DNA from: a virus
IMG/VR virus record: IMGVR_UViG_3300037961_005428
Span: 32,500-96,499 of that record
Strand: one strand, 5' to 3'
Length of the DNA: 64,000 nt
Part shown: positions 1 through 7,797 of the stretch, one piece after another
Layout of the letters: the number at the start of each line of letters is the position of its first letter
Numbering within the stretch: the first letter of the stretch is position 1
Notes under the pieces: model-generated
The model's input: the letters and a program-made list of their open reading frames with translations, nothing else
Databases searched by the model: none
Told to the model about the DNA's origin: nothing
Position numbers and translations under genes: made by a program

Positions 1-298
1 TCCTGCTGCCGCAGTTGGTAGACCAGTCTGCGTCAGCCATCCGTTGCACGAAGTTGATGTCCGTGACATACGGCTTGAGTTCATTCCAAGTGTCGTCCAC
101 ATGACAGGCCATACAGAAGCGAGCGTGGGCTTTCTCCACCGTCATCACTTCGTCTGTTCGCCAACTGACACGGCGACCGAAGTCGCTCACACCAGTCACC
201 ATGCTGAGAATCCCCATCCCGAATGAGTTGGTGATACCTAACTCCTCTTTTGTGAATCCCTTTTCCGTTCCGTTCTTTATTCCTACTGTCATTGGCAT
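1..298 (-). CDS. Hypothetical protein, truncated at window edge (MPMTVGIKNGTEKGF...)
   Basis: Translated by hand; open to the edge; preceded by the GGAGGAATGAAACATG junction also used at 1610 and 2621. Confidence 0.65.
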   Translation of the reverse strand, partial: MPMTVGIKNGTEKGFTKEELGITNSFGMGILSMVTGVSDFGRRVSWRTDEVMTVEKAHARFCMACHVDDTWNELKPYVTDINFVQRMADADWSTNCGSR

Positions 299-301
299 GT
301 T

Positions 302-370
302 TCATTCCTCCTCTTCTTGTTGTTCTTTCATTTGCTTGCGCATGATATCGTAATGGTCGTCTTCGCTCAT
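302..370 (-). CDS. 22-aa acidic mini-protein MSEDDHYDIMRKQMKEQQEEEE
   Basis: ATGA overlap with upstream gene, GGAGG SD; below ORF-track cutoff. Confidence 0.45.
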   Translation of the reverse strand: MSEDDHYDIMRKQMKEQQEEEE

Positions 371-557
371 TCTAATTCCTCCGAGTGTGATTCGTTCATT
401 CGCTTGACCTCGTCCAGCAACGCAAAGGCCACCGAGATGGCTGCATTGGTACTGGGTTGATTGAATGGGTTGATACCGTCAACCAATATGGCCTGCATTT
501 TCTTCAATTCTTCCGTCGTGTATCTCATTCTAATTCCTCCGAGTGTGATTCGTTCAT
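366..557. repeat. 34-bp exact direct repeat (366-399 and 524-557)
   Basis: ctcattctaattcctccgagtgtgattcgttcat occurs twice; encodes identical C-termini plus SD and stop/start. Confidence 0.95.
367..528 (-). CDS. 53-aa hypothetical protein (MRYTTEELKK...RMNESHSEELE)
   Basis: Hand translation; ATGA-coupled on both sides; SD present. Confidence 0.6.
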   Translation of the reverse strand: MRYTTEELKKMQAILVDGINPFNQPSTNAAISVAFALLDEVKRMNESHSEELE

Positions 558-728
558 GCGAATAACTGTCGCTCTGCGCTGTTTGAAATCCATTCGCAGT
601 TCAATGTAGATTTCTTCACCGCATACGGTGCACTCGTACCACAGTTGGGTAAGTCGCTCGTCTCCGGCTGCGTCGTTCAAATCCATATGGCTTCTCGCAT
701 TGTTTTCGTGTTTGCATTCTTCTGTCAT
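525..728 (-). CDS. Small putative zinc-ribbon protein
   Basis: CKH...CTVCG motif; start adjusted to MTEEC. Confidence 0.6.
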   Translation of the reverse strand: MTEECKHENNARSHMDLNDAAGDERLTQLWYECTVCGEEIYIELRMDFKQRRATVIRMNESHSEELE

Positions 729-730
729 GT

Positions 731-1612
731 TCAGTCCCTCCACATGGTGATGGTTCCGTTTTCGCTACGCTCGTAGGATGTGTAGCCACCCTCTCGCATC
801 GTGTTCCACAAGTCAGCCTCGGCTCGGCGTCGTGCCTTCTCCTCGGCCTTGCCTTCGGGCGTTTGTAGGTAAGCGAGGTGAGCCTTCCACTCAGCGTCGT
901 CCTTGGCTCGCTGGAAATCCTTGAAGGTGATGTTGTGTCCGTTGAACATCGCTGTGTTGAAGTATTCTGCATCGGACAACCCTGTGAACAGGAAGTGCTG
1001 GGCGATGGTGGTGCGCCCTTGGTAGTCGTAGATTTTCCAGTGCCGCACGGCTGACCGCCAAGACATGTGCTTGGGGCGTGCGCCGTTGCGAAGGTAGTCG
1101 CACATGGCGAACAACATCTTGGCGGCTTTCCTCGCACGCTCTTGGTTGTACTCATTGACCTCGTCGTCGTCGGGGTCGGTGAACTCGTGCAGGAAAGTGG
1201 AAGGGTATTTCTTCATCGCCTGTTGTTCAACCGCAATCTCTTCCGGTTCCGTAGCGATGGAGAGGTACACCTTGTCGGTCATATCGTCCCGTGGTCTGTG
1301 GGGGTAGCCGTACATGTTCTTGATGTCCTGTACGAACTCGCTGTGCAGAAGTTCGGACATCATCGCACCCTCTGCATACTGGTCCTCAATGCGCCACTCG
1401 TAGCCCATGTTGTTCCATTCCTCAACCTCGTCCCTGTCCCAGTGGATAGAGCCATCAGTACAAAGGTAGGCAGGTATTGTGCCCTCCAACACATCAGCAA
1501 TCTGTGCATTGATGCTGTCCCAATCGCTGTGAAGAATCTCCACCATCTCAAAGTGGCCGTCTTCGTAGTCGTCGTCGTGCGTCTCGCTTCGTCTGTATAT
1601 CATTGTCGCCAT
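731..1612 (-). CDS. Hypothetical protein (293 aa)
   Basis: Long ORF with strong SD junction. Confidence 0.8.
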   Translation of the reverse strand: MATMIYRRSETHDDDYEDGHFEMVEILHSDWDSINAQIADVLEGTIPAYLCTDGSIHWDRDEVEEWNNMGYEWRIEDQYAEGAMMSELLHSEFVQDIKNMYGYPHRPRDDMTDKVYLSIATEPEEIAVEQQAMKKYPSTFLHEFTDPDDDEVNEYNQERARKAAKMLFAMCDYLRNGARPKHMSWRSAVRHWKIYDYQGRTTIAQHFLFTGLSDAEYFNTAMFNGHNITFKDFQRAKDDAEWKAHLAYLQTPEGKAEEKARRRAEADLWNTMREGGYTSYERSENGTITMWRD

Positions 1613-1625
1613 GTTTCATTCCTCC

Positions 1626-2480
1626 TCAGTAGTATTCTTCTCCCCAACCATGGTCAAGGCGCATGTTCAATTTGCCAAACATGGTGAGGAATAAATCGTC
1701 TGCGTCAAACGACTCCTTGATGTCGGTGTCGTCGCCGTACCCCATCCATACTTCTTGCTGGCACAGCACTACCATCTCACCGGGTGAGTCGTGGGAACCG
1801 TGCGTCTTCGTGATGGTGAATAGGATGGGGCTGTTATAGCCGCCGATGCCGTCGTCGCCGCCTCGCCAGTTGTAGACCTTGAGTGTGTAGTCAATGTTGC
1901 CGGGCTTGGTGAACTGCACTGCCCATCGTGGATGGATTGAAGACCAGTCCGTGCGACGGCGGTGGGTGAAGTGAGTGGCAAACCAGTTCATGAACTTCTC
2001 AGCACCCACGGCTGGGAGAATGTCGTTGAGGTACCACTGTGGCTGCACTGGTGGAGCAGGCTTACCGTTCTCGTCCATGAAGGGGAAGAACCAGCCCTCG
2101 TGATGGGACTGGGTCGGTGGTCGCAGGTCAAAGAGTGAGTAAGTGTTTACATAGTCGGCGTCGTCCGCTTTGTCCAGCCAGTGTTGCATTCGGTCTACCA
2201 AGGCTGAACGGGTGTCGCCAGTCCACTCATGGCTTGAGCGAGTAGCGGTGATTTCACCCGTGTAGATGTCTCGGTGTGCGACGCCGTAGACTCGTGATGC
2301 CAGCCAATGCTTGCCGCCCTCGGTGCATTCACCACAGCACCAGTTGTAGCGTGGTCCGTAGCCCATGTCCAGCATGGCCATGGTCGTTGTGTCCATCATG
2401 AACGCACGCTTGGGTGGCTCATCGTAGGCTCGGTCGCAGTTGCAGCAGATGTGTTCTGTTTGTTGTTCGTTCATGTTCAT
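1626..2480 (-). CDS. Hypothetical protein with N-terminal Cys cluster (CCNC...CGEC)
   Basis: 284-aa ORF, SD, ATGA coupling. Confidence 0.8.
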   Translation of the reverse strand: MNMNEQQTEHICCNCDRAYDEPPKRAFMMDTTTMAMLDMGYGPRYNWCCGECTEGGKHWLASRVYGVAHRDIYTGEITATRSSHEWTGDTRSALVDRMQHWLDKADDADYVNTYSLFDLRPPTQSHHEGWFFPFMDENGKPAPPVQPQWYLNDILPAVGAEKFMNWFATHFTHRRRTDWSSIHPRWAVQFTKPGNIDYTLKVYNWRGGDDGIGGYNSPILFTITKTHGSHDSPGEMVVLCQQEVWMGYGDDTDIKESFDADDLFLTMFGKLNMRLDHGWGEEYY

Positions 2481-2623
2481 TCCTCCTCTTCTAATCCAAG
2501 GGCTTCACGCAGGACAAAGACCTTCGCTTGCAGTTCCCCGTTCTCTTTTACCAGTGCTATCTGTTGTTGAAGCAGGTTGCTGTGTTTCTTTAGTAGTTCA
2601 ATGTAGGCCTTTGCGTACATCAT
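2477..2623 (-). CDS. 48-aa coiled-coil protein (MMYAKAYIELLKK...GLEEEE)
   Basis: Hand translation; heptad leucines; 18-bp junction repeat upstream. Confidence 0.6.
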   Translation of the reverse strand: MMYAKAYIELLKKHSNLLQQQIALVKENGELQAKVFVLREALGLEEEE

Positions 2624-2626
2624 GTT

Positions 2627-2797
2627 TCATTCCTCCTCGTGAATTGGAAAGCCGTGTATTGCCATCAATCTGTACGCATCAATTGCGTACATAGCCCGGC
2701 GCAGTCTCGCCATCGCAGACCGGTGTTCATTTGCCAATGCAGTGTATGCGTCAAGCAGGTCTTGGTATGCTTGGTCTTGTCCGTCGTATTCTGTCAT
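2627..2797 (-). CDS. 56-aa hypothetical protein (MTEYDGQDQAY...)
   Basis: Hand translation; GGAGA SD; ends in the junction repeat. Confidence 0.6.
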   Translation of the reverse strand: MTEYDGQDQAYQDLLDAYTALANEHRSAMARLRRAMYAIDAYRLMAIHGFPIHEEE

Positions 2798-3051
2798 GTT
2801 TATGTCTCCTTATAAAGTGTGTAAATTAGATGGCTCGCAGTATCAATTTTGCAGGTTCATGCGGAGTATGCAATGCACGATGCAATATTGGAATCGTTTG
2901 TACTATTGTTCACTATTCTTCCTAATATATATTATAACAATCTCTTAGGGTATAGTGAACAATGAGGATAATACCACGGTGAAATGTTTCTACTTCATGC
3001 AATGCATACTCTGCACAGACCGCAAAAAGGGACACTGCGAGGCTGTGAGGA

Positions 3052-3270
3052 CTACTTCGTCCAGTAGTCAAAGCCGTCATCAAGGTAGCCTGCTTCGGCA
3101 AGGTAGTCCTCAGCGAACTCCTTCGTCGTGAAGTATTTGCTGTACTTGTCAGCGCCGGGCTTGTTGAATTGGTTGCACACCTCTTGCAGCGAGAGGTTGA
3201 TGCGAGACACAGTCCCTCCACCGAAGCCGTCAAGTTCTGCAATCCATAGCGTTATTCTGTTCGTGTTCAT
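3052..3270 (-). CDS. Hypothetical protein (72 aa)
   Basis: GGAGG SD; fits the operon. Confidence 0.65.
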   Translation of the reverse strand: MNTNRITLWIAELDGFGGGTVSRINLSLQEVCNQFNKPGADKYSKYFTTKEFAEDYLAEAGYLDDGFDYWTK

Positions 3271-3273
3271 CGG

Positions 3274-3408
3274 TCATTCCTCCAGTTCTCGCATTTCTTC
3301 AATTGTCCATGTTGCCTCGCAGGGCGGGAACATGCAATGCCAGTCGGGCATGATTGGTGAGTCTATGAGCGGGCTTCCGCAGTTCGGGCAGGTCTTTACT
3401 TTCGTCAT
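3274..3408 (-). CDS. 44-aa zinc-ribbon protein (CPNCG...CMFPPC)
   Basis: Hand translation MTKVKTCPNCGSPL...; coupled to neighbours. Confidence 0.65.
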   Translation of the reverse strand: MTKVKTCPNCGSPLIDSPIMPDWHCMFPPCEATWTIEEMRELEE

Positions 3409-3572
3409 TCATTCACCACCCACGAGTCGCAGGTCCAGTATGTTGTTTCGTAGTAAGCCATGTGCCATGGGCGAGGTCGTCCTGCCATCACCCATTCTTC
3501 CATCTGCTTTGACCATTGCTTCATGTGTGCTTTCCATTCTTCGGGGCTTAGGTTTGTTCTTGTCATGTTCAT
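3405..3572 (-). CDS. 55-aa Trp-rich hypothetical protein
   Basis: Hand translation MNMTRTNLSPEEWKAH...; ATGA overlaps at both ends. Confidence 0.55.
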   Translation of the reverse strand: MNMTRTNLSPEEWKAHMKQWSKQMEEWVMAGRPRPWHMAYYETTYWTCDSWVVNE

Positions 3573-3901
3573 TCCTCCGTGTCGTAGAGTTGCCGAGCCA
3601 AGTCCAAAGTGGCCTCGTCAAATCTCTCCTCCATGTCCGGTCCCTCCTTGAAGAACTCAATGTAATAGTCACGATGTTCTTGGAGCCACTTGAGGAAGTG
3701 AAGCGAATGAAAGTTCCACATTCCTACAAGTGATTGAGGGAAGTCTCTATGATAATCGTCCATGACCTTGTTTGTCCTTGACACCATCCAATCGTATAGG
3801 TTGAGTGGTGATTCACGGGGTTCGCCCGTTATCTCTTCTAAGAGTCGGTCAATTTCTTTACCTGCTGCTTCGTTGTATTCTGTGTCTTTGTCTTCTGTCA
3901 T
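3569..3901 (-). CDS. Acidic hypothetical protein (110 aa)
   Basis: GGAGA SD; coupled to next gene. Confidence 0.7.
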   Translation of the reverse strand: MTEDKDTEYNEAAGKEIDRLLEEITGEPRESPLNLYDWMVSRTNKVMDDYHRDFPQSLVGMWNFHSLHFLKWLQEHRDYYIEFFKEGPDMEERFDEATLDLARQLYDTEE

Positions 3902-3929
3902 GTTTGCATCTCCCTATAGTATGCGTAGC

Positions 3930-4230
3930 CTTGACTGGCTGTGTGAATCGGATGGCCCCTCGGAGGGGGTGAGGATGGTCGGGGTGTGGGTGGCGCTGCG
4001 GCAATCCCCGCAGTAGGGCTGCGAGTTTGGTGTCCTAAACACACCCCAGTTGGGTCAGCCACCTGCCCCATCCCTCCGGTATCACTCCGGTCGGGCGGGG
4101 CAGGCGACTGCCTGTCCTGTTCTTGGTGTTCGCCAAGTCGCTTTGGCATCTCAGCCGGTTGGTTCCGTGGTATGCACCCCACGGGGTGGCGGGTACGGGC
4201 CCCCACTGGCCACACATGTTTGAGTGTCTG
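3930..4230. other. GC-rich multi-hairpin intergenic region (candidate ncRNA or structured UTR)
   Basis: Stems cctgcccc 4062-4069/ggggcagg 4097-4104, cacccc/ggggtg near 4175-4188, gtttgg/ctaaac 4025-4040. Confidence 0.35.
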
Positions 4231-4233
4231 TGC

Positions 4234-4797
4234 TCACTGGGTTCGGACGAAGCGGAGGGCGGCTTCCTCGGTGTAGCCAAGGGCCACGAGGTCGTCCACC
4301 TTCTTGCGGATGTCATCGGGCAGGGCTGCGGTGTCGTGAACCACAGGCTTGCCGTCGGCGGTCAAGAAGCCAGCAGCGACTGCCTCCTTGATGCTCATGC
4401 CGTCGGGGATGTGGCCACCGTTGCGAACCTTCATGGCTCGGAACTCGTCTTTGCTGAGAAGGCGACCCTTGCCGCCCGGTGTCCATGGGTTCTCAGCCTT
4501 GTGGATGGCGTGGAGAAGCCATGCCATGTGGCTGCTGGTGCTCTTGGGGCCGTTGCCGAAGCCCGCTGAGCGAGGCTCGGTGATGGTGGCGGCCAATTGC
4601 TTAGCGTCGCCCACGACCAGTGCCACGGCGATGGCCTTGGCTGATGGGTGGCTGATGCCCAGTTCGTTCGCACGAACGAGCACGGCTTTCACCTGCTCGG
4701 TCGCTTCGTCTCGCTTAGCAGCGCTGCGACCTCGGAGGGCCTTGGCGGTCTGCTCAACGGTTGGCTCGGTTGCGTCTCGGTATTCTTGTGCGCTCAT
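4234..4797 (-). CDS. Ala-rich hypothetical protein (187 aa)
   Basis: ORF coupled to upstream gene; protein-like composition. Confidence 0.75.
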   Translation of the reverse strand: MSAQEYRDATEPTVEQTAKALRGRSAAKRDEATEQVKAVLVRANELGISHPSAKAIAVALVVGDAKQLAATITEPRSAGFGNGPKSTSSHMAWLLHAIHKAENPWTPGGKGRLLSKDEFRAMKVRNGGHIPDGMSIKEAVAAGFLTADGKPVVHDTAALPDDIRKKVDDLVALGYTEEAALRFVRTQ

Positions 4798-5294
4798 TGT
4801 TTCACTTCCTTCATGTTGGTTGGTGCTGGTGTGCTCGCCACGACTGCGGTCATGACGGATTGGAATGCTGCCTCTGCGGTCGTCATCATTGGCACGCCGT
4901 TCACGGTGGCATGGCTGTTGATGGCGATGGCTCGGTCAACAGCACGGCGACTCGGTCGGCTCAAATGCGTCGGTGGTTTGACCTTGAGGCCGGGTATGAC
5001 GCTGTCCGTGGGGAACTTGGGTGCGGGCGTGCTGTCGGCAACATGCACGAACTTGCGTGCGTTGGCTGCTTTGGCCTGCTCGTTCCAGTAGTCCCGCTTG
5101 TCGTATCGCTCGTTGCGGTTGGCCTTGGCGGTCATGGCTTCTTCGGTCGTGTGCTCGTGGCCGCAGTCTTGGCAGACATACACCGTGCCGTCGGTCGTGC
5201 CCTTGGGGTTGAGGTCCCCACGGCACAGACCGCCTCGGCGGTGTGTCTGCTCGCATGCGTCACGGATAGGCTTCAATTCATACTTGGTCTTCAT
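4794..5294 (-). CDS. Hypothetical zinc-finger protein; first gene of the leftward unit
   Basis: Start MKTKY after GGAGTGA SD; C...C...CQDCG motif. Confidence 0.7.
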   Translation of the reverse strand: MKTKYELKPIRDACEQTHRRGGLCRGDLNPKGTTDGTVYVCQDCGHEHTTEEAMTAKANRNERYDKRDYWNEQAKAANARKFVHVADSTPAPKFPTDSVIPGLKVKPPTHLSRPSRRAVDRAIAINSHATVNGVPMMTTAEAAFQSVMTAVVASTPAPTNMKEVKQ

Positions 5295-5433
5295 CTTATC
5301 ACTCCTGTGTATGTGTGCCCATCCCCACACCTTCGGGCTGGGGCGGGCACACCCACACCCCAGCGCAGGGCGGGGGGATGGGTGCACCGGCCTCCAAGCG
5401 GAGGGGGAAGGACATTGAGGGATTGTTTCAATC

Positions 5434-5443
5434 CTTTATAAAG
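5434..5443. promoter_or_regulatory. Palindromic TATA box CTTTATAAAG, probable promoter of the leftward genes
   Basis: Archaeal TTTATA consensus upstream of the first minus-strand gene. Confidence 0.5.
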
Positions 5444-5460
5444 AGAAGTCCAAAAAGGCC

Positions 5461-5960
5461 GACTCACAAAACAGAGCAGAGAGCCTTTACCCACACAGCA
5501 CAGCAGGGCTTTACGGGACATTGAGAAGCGGAACGCACACCCATATCGGTGGGGCTTGTCCCCCCAAACAAGCGACGGCGACTCGCACGGGGCAGGGTAA
5601 AGCCCTCACATCACAGGGGGCCAACTCACACACCACGAACCACAGCGGGGCGACTCACACGGGAGAGCCGTCCCCCTGTGCCAACACAGAGAGCCGACTC
5701 ACACGGGGCGGCGGCGAGGGCGCACGAGAGATTCTATAGACCGCTACCCTGCGAGGCTGTTAGCCCACCCCATGCGAGGCGGCTGGCCTTACGCACGAGG
5801 CGGCTGGCTGTGCCGTGTGAGCCGGCTGACTCGCACGACGCACCCCGTTCTATAGACCGTGCGACTGAGGGGCTTTACCCAAAACGGGCGAGGGCTTTAC
5901 CCCGCCGCCGCAGGGGGCTTTACCTTAGCCGGAGGAATGGCTTTACCCGCCGGCTTTACC
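5461..5960. repeat. Iteron-like repeat region at the strand switch
   Basis: ggctttac at 5871, 5893, 5916, 5939, 5952; about six (g/a)actc(a/g)cac-like copies in 5461-5837; tctatagaccg x2; gaggcggctggc x2. Confidence 0.85.
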
Positions 5961-6029
5961 CTCCTTTAACCACACACGGCGCTCCACCAAAATTTTGCTC
6001 ACAGGCTTAGGGCCCTAAAAATTTCACAA

Positions 6030-6041
6030 TTTTTTTTAAGT
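6030..6041 (+). promoter_or_regulatory. TATA-like box (TTTTTAAG) for a leaderless transcript starting near 6061
   Basis: Lies about 21-28 bp upstream of an ATG that has no SD. Confidence 0.6.
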
Positions 6042-6060
6042 CAGCCCGCCTCCGATAGTC

Positions 6061-6324
6061 ATGGCTCAGCCGATGGACATCGCTTGGATGGTGTTGAAGC
6101 AAGAAGGCTATGAGGACTATGTGGACCCTACATTAGACCAATCCTCAAGTTATTATCCCCCAATCCAACCTTCGGCACCAAGTCCGGAGCCACAGGAGTA
6201 TTTTTCTTTACCTCAAAGCCCGCAGGCCCGCCTTATGAGACTGTATTCAAAGGCACAGTCTGTTGGCTACGCTAATTTGACAGATGCAGAACGGGACGAA
6301 ATAAGAGCACTGGGTGGTATGTAA
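6061..6324 (+). CDS. Leader-motif protein 1 (PMDIAWMVLKQ)
   Basis: Shared N-terminal motif. Confidence 0.8.
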   Translation: MAQPMDIAWMVLKQEGYEDYVDPTLDQSSSYYPPIQPSAPSPEPQEYFSLPQSPQARLMRLYSKAQSVGYANLTDAERDEIRALGGM

Positions 6325-6326
6325 GC

Positions 6327-6794
6327 ATGCATTCGCTTGAACAGGCTTGGTCTGTCCTCAAGCAGTATGACCCTCAGCGGTCCCTGCATGGGCGCTCGGT
6401 CATGTTTCCACAGATGCGCTCACCTACTGTAATAGTTGAGAACCGACAAGTAGGTCGGGATGGACTCCCTTTGCATACTTTGGGTAGAAACCGCGCTTCC
6501 GGCGGCTATTCACAGATGGACCCCAAGTACAAGGGCCTCTTTACACCTTATCACGAACAAGACCTACCGGGCCCGCTTCATGAAGTGAGGTTCCAGCATC
6601 AGCGTAAAGGCCGGAACCTTACACCCGATGAGCGGCTTGTCCGAGTAACGGCTGACCGCAACCAAGCGATTGACCGGGCCAACCAGTTCCACCAAGACCG
6701 CATTGATGCCATGCAGAATTTGCCCGAGCCCGGCAGTTTTTCACGGCCTCCCAACCCGGACTTCAATCCCTTCACGATGTCCGGTGGTCAATGA
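6327..6794 (+). CDS. Leader-motif protein 2 (SLEQAWSVLKQ)
   Basis: Shared N-terminal motif. Confidence 0.8.
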   Translation: MHSLEQAWSVLKQYDPQRSLHGRSVMFPQMRSPTVIVENRQVGRDGLPLHTLGRNRASGGYSQMDPKYKGLFTPYHEQDLPGPLHEVRFQHQRKGRNLTPDERLVRVTADRNQAIDRANQFHQDRIDAMQNLPEPGSFSRPPNPDFNPFTMSGGQ

Positions 6795-7762
6795 TGTCCC
6801 CCCTTGAAACGGCTTGGTCTATCCTCAAAGCACAAACTGAACTGGGTCAACATCACCCCGACTTCCCTTCTTCACAGGGCCCGGTGCTTGGGTACCACGG
6901 TCGCAATTTCTCAACCAAGTTCAATAACCCCTTTGGCAATTTTTACGACGCCAAGCGTGAGGTGTTTGATGACGACTTTGAGGCTATGCAAGAAGCCGTC
7001 GCCAACATCAAGGCAGCGCAACTTCTTCAAACGGGCCTTGTGCCAACTGACACGGCTGAATCGCAAGTCGGTAGTGGGCGCTTCAATCAATATGACGACA
7101 AGGGCGTACACAATTACGGAGTGGACACGAAGTTCAATCCCGACATCCCTGCCTCTATTTCGGTGGCAGTTGAGCCCCACACGGCGATTGGCTATGCAGA
7201 AGGTGCGAGAGGCTACAAGGACTCAAGCGGTCTGCCCGGCTTCTACGGGATAAGGGCTGGAGCCATGCAAAACGCTTTGCCCTTGGACGAGCCTTTGCGC
7301 CGCTACAAAATAGGTGATACGGACGATTTCATCTACAACAATCAGCGATACCGCTACATCCCGCACGGCATCGCTCCCAACCAAATGGTCCGCTTCGCTG
7401 ATGCTCAATCCATGGAAGAGTTTGATGAAGGCGTCACAAGTCCGTGGTACGGGCGTGAAAGAAAGCGTGCGCCTTCGCGCTTTATTGGAGTCGGCCCCGG
7501 TCAGTTTAGGGGTAGGGACCTTCAACTCTTGGAAGAGGGCAAAATGAATGTGGATGAGTTTAGAAGTCCCGAGCGGGACACTCAAAGGGTGATGGAGTCC
7601 GAACAATTCATTCGTGACCAAATTGCTCAGTATCAGCAACAGCAACTCGCCCAGCAGCAAGCGATGGCCCAACGGCAGGCTGACCAGCAAGCCGAGCAAG
7701 CGTTTAGGCAGCAACAAATGGCAGCGGCACCTCAACAACAACTTCCAATCGGGGTGCGGTGA
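6791..7762 (+). CDS. Leader-motif protein 3; possible ADP-ribosyltransferase-fold domain and Gln-rich tail
   Basis: PLETAWSILKA leader; YHG...GLVP...AIGYA...IPHGIAP pattern. Confidence 0.7.
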   Translation: MMSPLETAWSILKAQTELGQHHPDFPSSQGPVLGYHGRNFSTKFNNPFGNFYDAKREVFDDDFEAMQEAVANIKAAQLLQTGLVPTDTAESQVGSGRFNQYDDKGVHNYGVDTKFNPDIPASISVAVEPHTAIGYAEGARGYKDSSGLPGFYGIRAGAMQNALPLDEPLRRYKIGDTDDFIYNNQRYRYIPHGIAPNQMVRFADAQSMEEFDEGVTSPWYGRERKRAPSRFIGVGPGQFRGRDLQLLEEGKMNVDEFRSPERDTQRVMESEQFIRDQIAQYQQQQLAQQQAMAQRQADQQAEQAFRQQQMAAAPQQQLPIGVR

Positions 7763-7763
7763 A

Positions 7764-7775
7764 GAAACTTTATCT
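7764..7775 (+). promoter_or_regulatory. BRE/TATA-like element GAAACTTTATCT
   Basis: 23-34 bp upstream of ATG 7798. Confidence 0.5.
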
Positions 7776-7797
7776 CTTCGCCCTCACTGCGACACAC

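Noticed and set aside
81-305. 74-aa minus-strand ORF from the track
   Set aside because: The overlapping frame starting at 298 uses the conserved junction spacing and looks more protein-like
3930-4230. tRNA gene
   Set aside because: No cloverleaf or TTCRA loop recognised; no tRNA or rRNA seen anywhere in the window
5461-5960. CRISPR-like array
   Set aside because: Repeats are only 8-12 bp with irregular short spacing, and no cas genes are present
5521-6010. ORFs across the repeat region
   Set aside because: Arg/Pro-rich translations of repeats; no SD; likely non-coding
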